Source of the DNA: Candidatus Poribacteria bacterium | GTDB taxonomy: Bacteria; Poribacteria; WGA-4E; PCPOR2b | Direction: 5' to 3' | NCBI GenBank assembly: GCA_965198175.1 | Contig: OZ240245.1 | Location: 928,001-992,000, forward strand | Length of the DNA: 64,000 nt | Shown: piece by piece, positions 38,979 through 49,404 of the stretch | Layout: each line of letters begins with the position of its first letter | Position numbering within the stretch: position 1 is the first letter of the stretch | Position numbers and translations under genes: made by a program | The notes under the pieces: generated by a model | The model's input: only the letters and a program-made list of their open reading frames with translations | What the model was told of the DNA's origin: nothing | Database searches by the model: none

Positions 38979-40781
38979 ATGTTTCAATCAGTCAACGGCA
39001 TCATTATTGCCGTGCTTTCACTCGGATTCCTTATTTTTATTCATGAGCTTGGGCATTTCCTCGCTGCGAAGCGATGCGGAATCCGAGTTGAGAAATTCTC
39101 TATCGGGTTTGGTCCCAAACTTATCGGCTTCACGAAGGACGAAACCGAATACTGCATCTCGCTACTGCCGTTTGGTGGATTCGTGAAGATGACCGGGGAG
39201 AACCCTGAAGAACGTACCGGCGCACCGGGAGAATTCTTGTCCGCGCCAGTGGAACACCGCATGTTTGTTGCGATTGCCGGTCCCGCGATGAACTTCGCGT
39301 TCGGAATCATCATCTTCTCACTAATATATCTGGTCGCAGGGAATTATGTCCGAAGCTCTACGGAAACTACGCAGATCGGGTACGTTGCCGATGACAGCCC
39401 CGCAAAGCTCGCCGGAATCCGCCCCGGTGACCGGATTGTTGCCATCAACGGACACCGTTTGCAAACGTGGGAAGATTTACATATAAGAGTTATTACCCAA
39501 CCTGAAAAAGAACTCGAAATTGAAATTATTCGCGATGGTCAAAGACAGACGCTAACAGTAGTTCCGAGAGTTCAGAAAATTAAGGCCCGTGAAATCGGAC
39601 GTATTGGCGTGTCGCCAAAACAGGATGCGGAGGTTTATTGGGTTGTGGACGGGAGTTCGGCGGCGGCAGCCGGAATCCAAGTCGGCGACTTTATCGATGC
39701 TATCAATGGAGAACATATCCATTCGCATCCGGATTTCTACATCGCTGCGAAACAATTCCACGGAAGTGAAGTTACACTCCGCGTTAAACGAGGATTAATC
39801 TTCGCACTTGAGCTGGATCGGCGAGGCGAACTGGACGATGGCAAGATTCCGAGCGCCTTACGAAGTGCATTTCGCAATAACGATGTCGCCTTGTCCCAGA
39901 ACCCGGTTGTCTCAACGCTTTCTCCGAACGAGAGTTGGACGATTTCCGATAAGGATCAAACTTTCGTAGTTAGAGCGGATGGGCGGAAGTTAAACATCTA
40001 CGAACGTGGCGGCGAACTACTAGAGGTAACCTTGAACGCCGATGCGAAACTCATTGTCGCGGGGGTTAAGAAGGGGAGCGCAGCCGAAAAAGCCGGTGTG
40101 AAGATCGGAGATGAGTTCGTCTCAGTAAACGATGAGTCCGTGCACAAGCTCAACCGCGGTGAGGAGTTGCAAGAACTACTAACGCGTGCCAATCCCAATC
40201 AGTCTATTCAGCTTGAATTCCGCCGCGGTGATGAGACACTTCGAGCAGCGGTGCCGGCGGGCAATGCGGGCAATCCGATAGAGGGTTGGGGGTTGACCGT
40301 CAACACGTGGGTTAGCGGTATTCAACTGACCGAACCGGGACGCGTGGAAAAATATAACATCATTACCGCGTGGGGACGTGGGTTCGGGGAGAGTTGGTCG
40401 ATTGTCGCGAAGGCGTTTTCTCTCCTCGGTGGTCTCATCAGCTTCGATGTCTCTCCAAAGCTGCTCGCTGGACCGATTGGCATTGTGAGCGCAACCGCTG
40501 AAACTGCTCGGTTAGGTCTCCGTGGTCTGCTCTACTTTGTCGCATTCATCAGCATCAACCTAGCGATCGTTAATCTACTGCCAATTCCAATCGCCGATGG
40601 CGGTCAGATTCTTTTCTTTGCGCTTGAAAAATTGCGAGGAAAGCCGCTAAGCGTTCGGAAGCAGATGCTTATTCTGCAAATCAGTGTTGGCTTCATCATC
40701 GGACTGTTTTTGTATATCTCATGGTATGACATTCTGGGTCTTGAGATCGTGGATCGGATCATCAGATTTCTTCGCGTATAA
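38979..40781 (+). CDS. rseP: RIP metalloprotease RseP with three PDZ-like segments
   Basis: IHELGH, FSIGFGP, LPFGGFVKM, AGPAMN, NLLPIPIADGG. Confidence 0.94.
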   Translation: MFQSVNGIIIAVLSLGFLIFIHELGHFLAAKRCGIRVEKFSIGFGPKLIGFTKDETEYCISLLPFGGFVKMTGENPEERTGAPGEFLSAPVEHRMFVAIAGPAMNFAFGIIIFSLIYLVAGNYVRSSTETTQIGYVADDSPAKLAGIRPGDRIVAINGHRLQTWEDLHIRVITQPEKELEIEIIRDGQRQTLTVVPRVQKIKAREIGRIGVSPKQDAEVYWVVDGSSAAAAGIQVGDFIDAINGEHIHSHPDFYIAAKQFHGSEVTLRVKRGLIFALELDRRGELDDGKIPSALRSAFRNNDVALSQNPVVSTLSPNESWTISDKDQTFVVRADGRKLNIYERGGELLEVTLNADAKLIVAGVKKGSAAEKAGVKIGDEFVSVNDESVHKLNRGEELQELLTRANPNQSIQLEFRRGDETLRAAVPAGNAGNPIEGWGLTVNTWVSGIQLTEPGRVEKYNIITAWGRGFGESWSIVAKAFSLLGGLISFDVSPKLLAGPIGIVSATAETARLGLRGLLYFVAFISINLAIVNLLPIPIADGGQILFFALEKLRGKPLSVRKQMLILQISVGFIIGLFLYISWYDILGLEIVDRIIRFLRV

Positions 40782-40912
40782 TTTTTAGATATCTCATGGT
40801 CATGACGTACTGGGGCTCCTTGACCGGGCAATCTAGTCAGACCTTAACTGTTAGGCAGCCACATTCACCAATGGGGATCAACACGACGAGATATTGAATT
40901 TATTACCTGACT

Positions 40913-41968
40913 ATGCTTGATTCAACCCGGGTTCGACGCCGCGACCCAAAAAACATGCTTGACCAACTGAAGCGCTTTCCAGAGCAGTGCGTGGAAGCGG
41001 TAGAAATTGTCGAGCAATTCCAACTCGACGGGAGCGCTGAACGGGAGATTCGTAACATTGTTATCGCTGGGATGGGCGGATCCGGAATCGGAGGCGATCT
41101 AGTGAGGGCGGTGCTTGCCAATCACTGCCCAATTCCCATTGCTGTCCATCGAAATTATATTCTGCCCGCGTTCGTTACACCGCAGACGCTTTTCATCGCC
41201 GTTAGCTTCTCCGGTAACACCGAAGAAACCCTAATGTCCGTTGAATCGGCGTATAAGAGTGGGGCGGAGATTCTTGCAATTACAAGCGGCGGTAAACTCG
41301 CGGAATTTGCCGCGCGGCGCCGCATTCCCTGCCTGACGATTCCGGCTCGCGGTCAACCCCGGCCCGCGATCGGCTATCTCTTTTTGCCCATCCTAGCGAT
41401 TTTGGCGCGACTCGGATTTGCGCGGCATCTGGATTTCGTAGACGATACTAAGGAGGCAATTCATCTGTTGTCGCGATTGGTGAGCGGCTTTCAGCCTGAT
41501 GTCGAAGACAGCCTTCCAAAACAGCTTGCCCGCCAGATGCACGGGAAACTGCCAATCATCTATGCGCCGCAAGAACTAGGCGCCGTTGCAATCCGATGGA
41601 CGGGGCAGATAAATGAGAACGCGAAATCGCTGGCATATCACAGCCTGTTGCCTGAGATGAATCACAATGAAATCGAAGGCTGGAAGTTCCCGTCCGATTT
41701 AACGCAACACTGCTATGTGGTGATGCTGCGTGACCAATCCGCCCACAGCCAAACGCAGCGTCGGATGGACATAACCGCAGAACTCATTGAGCGGCACACA
41801 GCCGGTATTGCGCAGGTTCATTCGCAGGGTGAATCGCTGTTGGCGCGGCTCTTCTCATTAATCGTTGTTGGAGACTGGACCAGCTTCTATCTCGCCATAA
41901 TGTACGCACAAGATCCAACCCCTGTCGTTCGGATCCAGGAACTTAAACAGCGGTTGCAAATGCGTTAA
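40913..41968 (+). CDS. Bifunctional phosphoglucose/phosphomannose isomerase (SIS)
   Basis: GMGGSGIGG, SFSGNTEET, GQPR, QINENAK, PEMNHNEI, DPTPV..I..LK. Confidence 0.92.
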   Translation: MLDSTRVRRRDPKNMLDQLKRFPEQCVEAVEIVEQFQLDGSAEREIRNIVIAGMGGSGIGGDLVRAVLANHCPIPIAVHRNYILPAFVTPQTLFIAVSFSGNTEETLMSVESAYKSGAEILAITSGGKLAEFAARRRIPCLTIPARGQPRPAIGYLFLPILAILARLGFARHLDFVDDTKEAIHLLSRLVSGFQPDVEDSLPKQLARQMHGKLPIIYAPQELGAVAIRWTGQINENAKSLAYHSLLPEMNHNEIEGWKFPSDLTQHCYVVMLRDQSAHSQTQRRMDITAELIERHTAGIAQVHSQGESLLARLFSLIVVGDWTSFYLAIMYAQDPTPVVRIQELKQRLQMR

Positions 41969-42006
41969 ATCGAGACGTATTTAAAGGATGGGTATAGGCG
42001 CTAATA

Positions 42007-42186
42007 GAAACCGAGTCTTTGCCAAAAACTCTAATGGTCAAGCGAAATACAGATACTCGGGACGTTTCGCTCTTGCGCTCCAGCGGAGCGCCATGTTTAT
42101 AGCGGCCTAAAATTTCCAGCCTACTGCTCCAGCGGAGCAGCATGTGATTCTTAAAACCGAGTTTTTTCTTTAACACTCGGTTTCTG
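42007..42186. repeat. Intergenic cluster of REP-like palindromes
   Basis: Two GCTCCAGCGGAGC palindromes plus AAACCGAG...CTCGGTTT. Confidence 0.7.
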
Positions 42187-42256
42187 TTACACGATTACTC
42201 AACATTAAGCTAAATTCTAAGTCGCAAAGCAATCGATACACTACCCACTATTCGTC

Positions 42257-42940
42257 ATGTCAGATTCGAGGGATATTGTTCAGGAATATTTGGAAATCGT
42301 TGCAACCGTGAGGGAATTTGTGGAAGATCAGATGGAACTCGGTATTACGGAGCACCTTGAACCCAAAGAACAGACGCCATTCGCCGGTTTTAACCTGAAA
42401 CGGCTGCGTGACGAAGCGATGGGCTGTACGCGCTGCGAATTGCATCAAAACCGTAACACCGTAGTCTTTGGGACAGGTGATGAAAACGCCAAGCTCATGT
42501 TTGTCGGCGAAGCGCCCGGTGCCGATGAAGACCGACAGGGCGAACCCTTTGTCGGTCGAGCCGGGCAACTCCTGACAAAGATTATTGAAGCGGTAGGATA
42601 TGCGCGCGAGGAGGTCTACATTGCGAACGTCATCAAATGCCGTCCACCTGGAAATCGGAACCCAAAGCCCACTGAAGTCGAAACCTGCGAACCGTTTCTC
42701 CTGAAACAGATCGAAATCATCCAACCCAAAGTCATCTGTGCGCTCGGCAGCTTCGCCGCGCAGACCCTACTCCGTACCGATCAGAAGATTTCCGCTCTAC
42801 GCGGTAAATTCCACGATTATCGCGGCGTCAAAGTCATGCCAACCTACCATCCCGCATACCTCCTCCGGAACCCGCACGCAAAACGAGAAGTCTGGGATGA
42901 TATGAAGATGGTAATTGCCGAACTAAAAAAAGACGGCTAA
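42257..42940 (+). CDS. udg: Uracil-DNA glycosylase family 4 (4Fe-4S)
   Basis: [39 protein letters not shown]. Confidence 0.93.
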   Translation: MSDSRDIVQEYLEIVATVREFVEDQMELGITEHLEPKEQTPFAGFNLKRLRDEAMGCTRCELHQNRNTVVFGTGDENAKLMFVGEAPGADEDRQGEPFVGRAGQLLTKIIEAVGYAREEVYIANVIKCRPPGNRNPKPTEVETCEPFLLKQIEIIQPKVICALGSFAAQTLLRTDQKISALRGKFHDYRGVKVMPTYHPAYLLRNPHAKREVWDDMKMVIAELKKDG

Positions 42941-43002
42941 GAATTCCTCCCCCTTAACAAGCTTACTATTACCTACAAGTCCGGAAAGTCGCACGGAGCC
43001 AC

Positions 43003-43257
43003 ACTGTGGGAGGGAGATCAACTGAGCGAATAGCGAAGGCGATAGTCTTGTCCGACAGTTCTTGTAGGTTGGGTAGAAGGATCAAGCGAACGAATGGTGA
43101 GTGATCAAAGAAGCGAATAGCGACTGCGATAGCTTTAGATGCCTCTCCCACAGTGGACAATCTTTTTCCGTTCATTCAATGTACATTCCCCTCCTTACCA
43201 AGGAGGGGTTAGGGTAGGTCGTAGGTTGGGTTTCGCCTTTGGCTCAACCCAACCTAC
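43003..43257. repeat. Composite repeat block (CACTGTGGGAG inverted repeat, 32-nt units, CCCCTCCTTACCAAGGAGGGG hairpin, GTAGGTTGGG REP-like)
   Basis: Several nested palindromes; same parts recur at 45138-45310. Confidence 0.8.
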
Positions 43258-43296
43258 ACGAGCTTTTAACAAAGCCTTCAGAAGAGAAACTTTCAG

Positions 43297-45126
43297 ATGA
43301 AAGTCACACTCTCATCTTTTTCGTCAATTGCCCTCTTCAGTTTATTGCTGTCCAGTTTTGCACAGGAGCCCACTATTCTGAAGCATGGGGATACCGTCCA
43401 CTCGGTAGCATTTTCGCCCCTGGATTCGTCCTTAATTGCCAGTGCCGGTGAGGATAACACCATCAAACTGTGGAATTTGCGGCAGAATAGCGTGAAAACA
43501 CTCAGCAGCCACGAAGGTACGGTCAATTCAGTGGCATTCTCCCCGGACGGCAAATTGCTTGTGAGTGGGAGCGATGATTCCACTGTCAAGACATGGGAAA
43601 TTTCAGGATGGCAACAAATTGCATCCCATGAACCAATGTCATTCCAAGTTCCTTTTCCCGTGACTGAAGTAACCTTCTCGCCCGATGGACAGCTAATCGC
43701 CGTCGCCGGTCAACATGTAATACTGTTCGATGCCATCTATCAGACTGAGATTGCCACACTTCAGCATGGCGCATGGACTTGGTCGGCAGCTTTCTCCCCC
43801 AACGGACAACTTCTCGCCTCTGGAGACCATAACGGAATCGTACGGATTTGGAATGTTCAGCAGCGGCGAATTATCGCTCAACTAGAAGGCCATTCAGCGG
43901 CCGTTGGTTCCGTTAAATTCTCCCCAGATGGCAACACTCTTGTGAGTGCGGGGAATGATGGGCTGATCAAATTGTGGGATGTGCCAAATTGGGAACGCAT
44001 CGGGGCAATACAGAACAATGGAGCAGCCTATACTGTCGATTTTTCTCCGGATGGGAAAACGCTTGCTATCTCAGGATGGGAGGTGAGCCTGTGGTCTGTC
44101 AAGAGTGGGGAAAAGATATCGACAATGTCAGAAGGCTCTGATTGGATTAGGACGGTAGCCTTCTCCCCCGACGGTTCAGCCCTTGCCAGTGGCGGGAGAG
44201 ATGGCACGGTCCGCGTCCGGAATATCAAAACTCTTTTGGCGCGTCAAGGTGGGCGCTATTTGGTGCGCCTAATCTACTTCCTCCCCAGCGACCGCTCACC
44301 TCAGCCCGATATAGACAGGAAATTTGATAAGTTAATAAGGGATGTGCAAAAGGCTTATGCTGGACAGATGGACTATTACGGGTTCGGCTATAAGACCTTC
44401 CGGTTGGAAACCGATGAAGCCGGCGGGGCGGTAGTGCATCTTCTGGAGGGTAAGTTCGTAGATGGGCATTATCATAGCGATACTTGGAACAAAGTCATGG
44501 CTGAAATAAATGATCATTTTGACCGCTCGATAAATATCTACGTTGTGGCTTTAGATGTCGGTAGCAAAAGAATTGGTGATAGCAGCAGTAACGTATGTGG
44601 TCGTGGCGGCCCCGATGGGGCTTTTGGCGGTACTGTGCTCATTCCAGCCTCCGGCGATTGTTTTGACATTGATGTTACGGTTCATGAGCTTGGTCACGCC
44701 TTTGGATTGCAACACGATTTCCGCAATGATTTGAAGCCGTGGGTAGCTTTATACAGTACCGAGCCGATGACTACCTCTATTTGTGCTGCTGAGTGGCTGG
44801 ATGCCCACCGTTACTTCAACACAAGGCATCCGTTTTTCAACCTGCCCGCAACATTTGAGATGCGTCCGCCGGTTGAAGTTCCGCCGAATGCAATTCGACT
44901 TCGATTTGAAGTTTACGATTCCGATGGGCTCCATCAAGCGCAACTGCTTACGCCGGAATTTGAAGATGCAGGTGGTTTAATAGCATGTAGGTTATTAGAA
45001 GGCACAAATAGCACTGTAGAATTTGTCATCCCCAAATCGATGCTGAATAAGAACGGAGAAGTGACGCTTCAGGTTATCGATCTACATGGGCGCTTTTCAG
45101 GACAGACTTTCCATGCCAACCCTTAA
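43297..45126 (+). CDS. Secreted WD40-repeat protein with zinc metalloprotease domain
   Basis: Signal peptide; ~7 VAFSPDG..LASG..D.T...W repeats; HELGHAFGLQH. Confidence 0.88.
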   Translation: MKVTLSSFSSIALFSLLLSSFAQEPTILKHGDTVHSVAFSPLDSSLIASAGEDNTIKLWNLRQNSVKTLSSHEGTVNSVAFSPDGKLLVSGSDDSTVKTWEISGWQQIASHEPMSFQVPFPVTEVTFSPDGQLIAVAGQHVILFDAIYQTEIATLQHGAWTWSAAFSPNGQLLASGDHNGIVRIWNVQQRRIIAQLEGHSAAVGSVKFSPDGNTLVSAGNDGLIKLWDVPNWERIGAIQNNGAAYTVDFSPDGKTLAISGWEVSLWSVKSGEKISTMSEGSDWIRTVAFSPDGSALASGGRDGTVRVRNIKTLLARQGGRYLVRLIYFLPSDRSPQPDIDRKFDKLIRDVQKAYAGQMDYYGFGYKTFRLETDEAGGAVVHLLEGKFVDGHYHSDTWNKVMAEINDHFDRSINIYVVALDVGSKRIGDSSSNVCGRGGPDGAFGGTVLIPASGDCFDIDVTVHELGHAFGLQHDFRNDLKPWVALYSTEPMTTSICAAEWLDAHRYFNTRHPFFNLPATFEMRPPVEVPPNAIRLRFEVYDSDGLHQAQLLTPEFEDAGGLIACRLLEGTNSTVEFVIPKSMLNKNGEVTLQVIDLHGRFSGQTFHANP

Positions 45127-45137
45127 GAAGCCCCTAA

Positions 45138-45310
45138 GTTCTTGTAGGTTGGGATCAAGTGAGCGAATGGATCAAGCGGCTGTATAAGTAGTGCGATAGT
45201 GGTATTTACAATCTTCATTCCCCTCCTTACCAAGGAGGGGTTAGGGGAGGTTATGGATTGGGTTGAGCAATCAACCGACCGAATAGGGAGGGCGATAGTC
45301 TTCACTAGTC
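45138..45310. repeat. Composite repeat block matching 43003-43257
   Basis: GTTCTTGTAGGTTGGG, 32-nt units, CATTCCCCTCCTTACCAAGGAGGGGTTAGGG. Confidence 0.8.
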
Positions 45311-45829
45311 TTCTCCGAATCCCAACGATTAAGCGAAATTCTGTGTTTTCAGATAGCGCGATTTGAAAAAGCGTTCAGGCGAAAAGGTTCGTTATTCACA
45401 CCACCACGGAGGCGTCTTAGAGAAATGTTTAACAAACCCAATCGGGTATGTAATTTTTAATTGTGGATTCTGTGAAAATTTCATAGTTTTCATAGTTGTC
45501 CGACGTATCGTGAGATTTTGATTAAATCCAAAAGGGGCGTGAATTCAGTCTTTCACTGATCTTCGGGAAGTTAGCATCGAAGTGACCGATGAGTTAACTA
45601 TGAAAATTTAGTGTTATTTGCAATGGCGGAAGACAATGACTACAGGATAGACGAAAACCCATCTGCACGCAGTATTATTGGGGGATGTAAATCAAGAAGA
45701 ATTCATGTAGATTTGATTTTGCGGCGGAACGTATCGTCGGGTATCCAGAATTCGCCCCATGTAGGAGCGATCTCCGAATCGCGACACATGTTCATCGCGC
45801 GCCACGGCACTTCACTCCCACTTGTGCAT

Positions 45830-45892
45830 TTTCACCTAAACGATTTTAAAATTTGCGGTTGACATACAGCCAATATTCTCGTAATATATTAA
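45830..45892 (+). promoter_or_regulatory. ~63-nt block with TTGACA-17-TAATAT, repeated in degenerate form at 46704-46766
   Basis: TTTCACCTAAAC..TTTAAAATTTGCGG(T/C)TGACA.ACAGCCAA shared. Confidence 0.6.
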
Positions 45893-46030
45893 GTGAATAT
45901 ACGTATAGCATTTAGATTGTATGTTGGGTTTTACAAAGTGAAACCCTACCAACAGGAACTGTGCCCAGCTTTTGCTGACCACTGGTGGCTAGCCACTGGT
46001 CACTGCTTCCAAACTAAGGAGGAATTTTCC

Positions 46031-46621
46031 ATGAAGACGAAACACTATCTGGTTATAAGCGGAATTATTGGTGGAGTCATAGGAAGTTTCCTGACGACGT
46101 TGCTGGTTTCACCAGTAACGGCGCAAAAGGATAAGTTTAGTGCAATTGAGTGTAGGAGTTTAACGATTGTGGATGAATCGGGTATAGCAAGAATTATACT
46201 TACTACCGATTACGATGACATGTTCAAGCCAGGGATTGTAAAAATCATTGGTAGCAAATTTGGCGGGGGTTCTGTCTTACTCTATAATAGATATGAAAGC
46301 ACGGATGCCATTCCGACGGTGCATCTCGGCAACGATAACGACGGCGGATTTGTCAGCGTCAATGGAACAGATTTTTATCACCGTACCGAGCTCCCTAACG
46401 ACATGTTAATTCCAGCAATGGCAAAGCTTTACGTTGGTCCAAAAGGCGGGCTTGTTAAAGTCAATAACAAACATGCGCTTAGCAAAATCGAGGGTTCTCC
46501 CGACAAGGGTTGGCATTTTGCCGATAAAGGAAACATGTCTAGCGCGTTATTCGGTGCCAATGAAGGCGGCGGATTTGTTTTTACAAAGGACAAATCCGGA
46601 CAAGTAAAAATCCTTGACTAG
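46031..46621 (+). CDS. Exported/anchored glycine-rich beta-repeat protein (VTAQ family, copy 1)
   Basis: RBS AAGGAGG; SPVTAQKDKFSAIECRSLTIVD motif shared with 51547 and 52040 ORFs. Confidence 0.75.
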   Translation: MKTKHYLVISGIIGGVIGSFLTTLLVSPVTAQKDKFSAIECRSLTIVDESGIARIILTTDYDDMFKPGIVKIIGSKFGGGSVLLYNRYESTDAIPTVHLGNDNDGGFVSVNGTDFYHRTELPNDMLIPAMAKLYVGPKGGLVKVNNKHALSKIEGSPDKGWHFADKGNMSSALFGANEGGGFVFTKDKSGQVKILD

Positions 46622-46940
46622 TCAAAAACTAAAGCCTTTTTTCTCCATTTTCCAATTACCACGGACCACTCATAACTCTCCACTGCTTTTCCCACGGGTA
46701 CTGTTTCACCTAAACAACTTTAAAATTTGCGGCTGACAGACAGCCAACTTTCCCGCATTATATTAGCGGCATACATGCGTTAGTTCGTCAAAACCGCTCA
46801 ACCCAACGTACAAGAGTTGTTTATATTGAAAGTTCGTGTTCTTGCCATTAATGGTGATTTGGGGTAGGATGTGGGCAACAAATTATGTCAATTCATGAAC
46901 ACGTCGCTTTCAGGTCACACACTAAACAAGGGCGAGTAGA

Positions 46941-47834
46941 ATGACACAAGAGGAAACGGCAGAAATAGAACAACAGAGTAACGACAACGATCGCCGCCTA
47001 GCTAAGCGCGGCTATATTATCATTGGTGGATTCATCGCTCTATTTGTTATTTTGGCGATTGTAATGAACATAAATGACACACCGAGAGATCCGGCGGCCG
47101 AAGCGAGCAAAAAGCCGCCAGCGAAACGAGCGATAGAGCATTACCGCGCTGAAGAATATGCGGAAGCAATTCAGGCGTACGATGAAGCGATACGGAAAGC
47201 CTCAACAGATGAGGATAAAAGTGATCTGTATATCTGGCGGGGGCACGCAAAATTCAAGCTGGAACATTATGAGGCAGCGGTGTTCGATTTTGGCGAAGTG
47301 ATTCATCTGCAATCAGAACTCTTGTCCTCCACTACTAGCGGATGGGAATCTGCAAACGCTCATTATTGGACCGGGCGGGCGAATACTGAAATGGAAGAGT
47401 ATTCCGTTGCGATTGCAGACTTCACTACAGCAATAAAAGAGCACCCAGATGCGGATATGTACCTGTGGCGAGGGCATGCAAAATTAAAGGAGGTGAGATC
47501 GTCTTCTTATACGGGATTAAAGGAGGCAGGCTATGCCCTCGCGATGGTCGATTTAACCGAAGCGATACGGCGCGAACCGGATCGGGCGTGGGCTTATCAG
47601 CTACGGGGCGTTTCCAAAGCGTGGTTAGGTCAACGGGAAGCGGCAATCTACGATTTCAGCGAGGCGATACAACTCAACGGCGATTACGCATGGGCTTATT
47701 ACACAAGGGGCGAAAACAACAAGAAGTTAGGGCGGAGCGATGATGCGAAGAAAGATTTCGATAAAGCGATGGAGCTAGCGGAAGAGAAAGGCAATACAGA
47801 CTTGCAGAACAACATTCGAAGAGCACGGCAGTGA
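46941..47834 (+). CDS. Membrane-anchored TPR protein
   Basis: TM helix then repeated Y..RG.AK..L..Y..A..DF..AI units. Confidence 0.87.
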   Translation: MTQEETAEIEQQSNDNDRRLAKRGYIIIGGFIALFVILAIVMNINDTPRDPAAEASKKPPAKRAIEHYRAEEYAEAIQAYDEAIRKASTDEDKSDLYIWRGHAKFKLEHYEAAVFDFGEVIHLQSELLSSTTSGWESANAHYWTGRANTEMEEYSVAIADFTTAIKEHPDADMYLWRGHAKLKEVRSSSYTGLKEAGYALAMVDLTEAIRREPDRAWAYQLRGVSKAWLGQREAAIYDFSEAIQLNGDYAWAYYTRGENNKKLGRSDDAKKDFDKAMELAEEKGNTDLQNNIRRARQ

Positions 47835-48019
47835 CAGGCGGTTGGAAGACGACGCATGTTTACAAGGCGGGTATATGCTCGGACGAGAGATACCGTAGTC
47901 GCGGTGGATACTCTGAGGGAGATTACCAGACAGACTAGGCGTTACACACAATTTAGCACGGTGTTCAGTAGTTTCGGTCAGGACGTGTCAAACGGCTCTC
48001 ATTTATTGCCCGTAAGTTT

Positions 48020-48112
48020 TTGTAGGTGGAGTTGAGCAATCAACTGACCGACTAGGATCAACCGAGTGAATAACGAGGGATCAAGCGAACGAATAGTGAG
48101 TGCGATAGTCTT
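48020..48112. repeat. Tandem 32-nt GATCAA..GAATAG family units after a GTAGGT..G REP-like start
   Basis: Three successive ATCAA..GA..GAATA units ending GCGATAGTC. Confidence 0.7.
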
Positions 48113-48400
48113 AATTTCCAGAACCGTTGACGATTGCGGATCTGCCCTTTAAGGTCACCGACTTACAGATGCATGTAGTGAAACCCAACTCTTGACAATC
48201 TATTTTGCCCTGAAAGGCTACTGTTCAAACTGTTCAGCCGAATCTAAATCGCTTCCTGCGCATGTTCTGAACATAGCGTATTGACGCAGTCTGCTAGTTG
48301 TGTTACAATCTGCCTGCTAAGGAAAAATCGGCTGACTCTTGTAGACTTTCATCGCTGGGCAAAGAGACAGTCTGAATTGCAAAGAATTTAGGAGGAAGAT

Positions 48401-49052
48401 GTGTCCCGTTTTATTCTGATTATATGCGCAGTTGCTTTTCTCGTAAGCGCACAAGCGCTTGCACAGGAATTGGAAGATGTCGTTTATTTGAAAAATGGAG
48501 GCATTGTTCGTGGAACGGTCATCGAGCAGATTCCGGATAAATCGCTGAAGATAGCAAGATTTGACGGCAAAGTGTTCCGCTACAAGATGAATGAGATTGA
48601 CAAAATTACCAAGGAGACCGTAGTTGGAACTCGCACTCTCGCCAAAAAGAAAAATCCCATGGTAGCTCTCGGTCTTTCGTTTCCAATGATTGGAGCTGGA
48701 CAATTCTACAACGGGCAGTATACAAAGGGAGTAATCCAACTCGGTGCCACAATAGTAGGATTGGGGTTTACACTGAGTGCTAGCGGCGATAACTATGACT
48801 TGGCGGACGAAGCTGGTAACGTTGACGCAGATGGTGATGACTGGATGAGTGTTCCTGGATATCTACTATTGTTCGGCGGGGCTATCTGGTCGCTGATTGA
48901 CGCGCCGATGTCAGCCAACAGAATCAACCAGCAGAATCAGGCCTCCTCTTATGGACACCTGTTTCAGCTTGACGGTGACCGGCGCCATGCTAGGCATCTA
49001 TCCTATTGCATCGCGCAAAGGATTAGGTACTCTACTGACGCTCCGGTTTTAG
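48401..49052 (+). CDS. Secreted/membrane protein (DVVYLKNG domain + KKNP..A..LS..GAGQFYNG domain), frameshift near 48981
   Basis: RBS AGGAGG; signal peptide; removing one base at GACCGGCGCCATG gives ...GLGTLLTLRF-stop (TAG 49050-49052); the unshifted ORF ends at 49099. Confidence 0.65.
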
Positions 49053-49257
49053 AGTGCTATAGGTTGGGTCGAACAGAAAAAAAGCGAATTCTATTGTAGC
49101 CAATGAAAATACTGCTTTTCAACAACGCGGTCCTACGAATAGAGTAAAATCTCCGTAGAATCGAACCTCGCAATTCAAATGTAAACTTTGGCATTTCTCA
49201 CTAGTTCCGTTCAACCAACCTACTTTCAACTGTTGGAAATTATGGTGTCAGCAAACC

Positions 49258-49287
49258 TTGACGGGCATTCGAACGTTAAAGTATAAT
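49258..49287 (+). promoter_or_regulatory. Sigma70 promoter TTGACG-18-TATAAT
   Basis: Upstream of the three-gene module. Confidence 0.55.
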
Positions 49288-49404
49288 GATACGTACGAGC
49301 GGCGGTTCTCTTTGCCAATCGCTCTTATTCAATCCATCAGACCTCGCGGGTAGTCGACAGACTGAAAGCCACCTTGTGGGAACTAACGGCAAAGCGAATA
49401 TACA

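Noticed and set aside
47840..48010. Possible gene remnant after the TPR gene
   Set aside because: Only a few suggestive residues; insufficient support.
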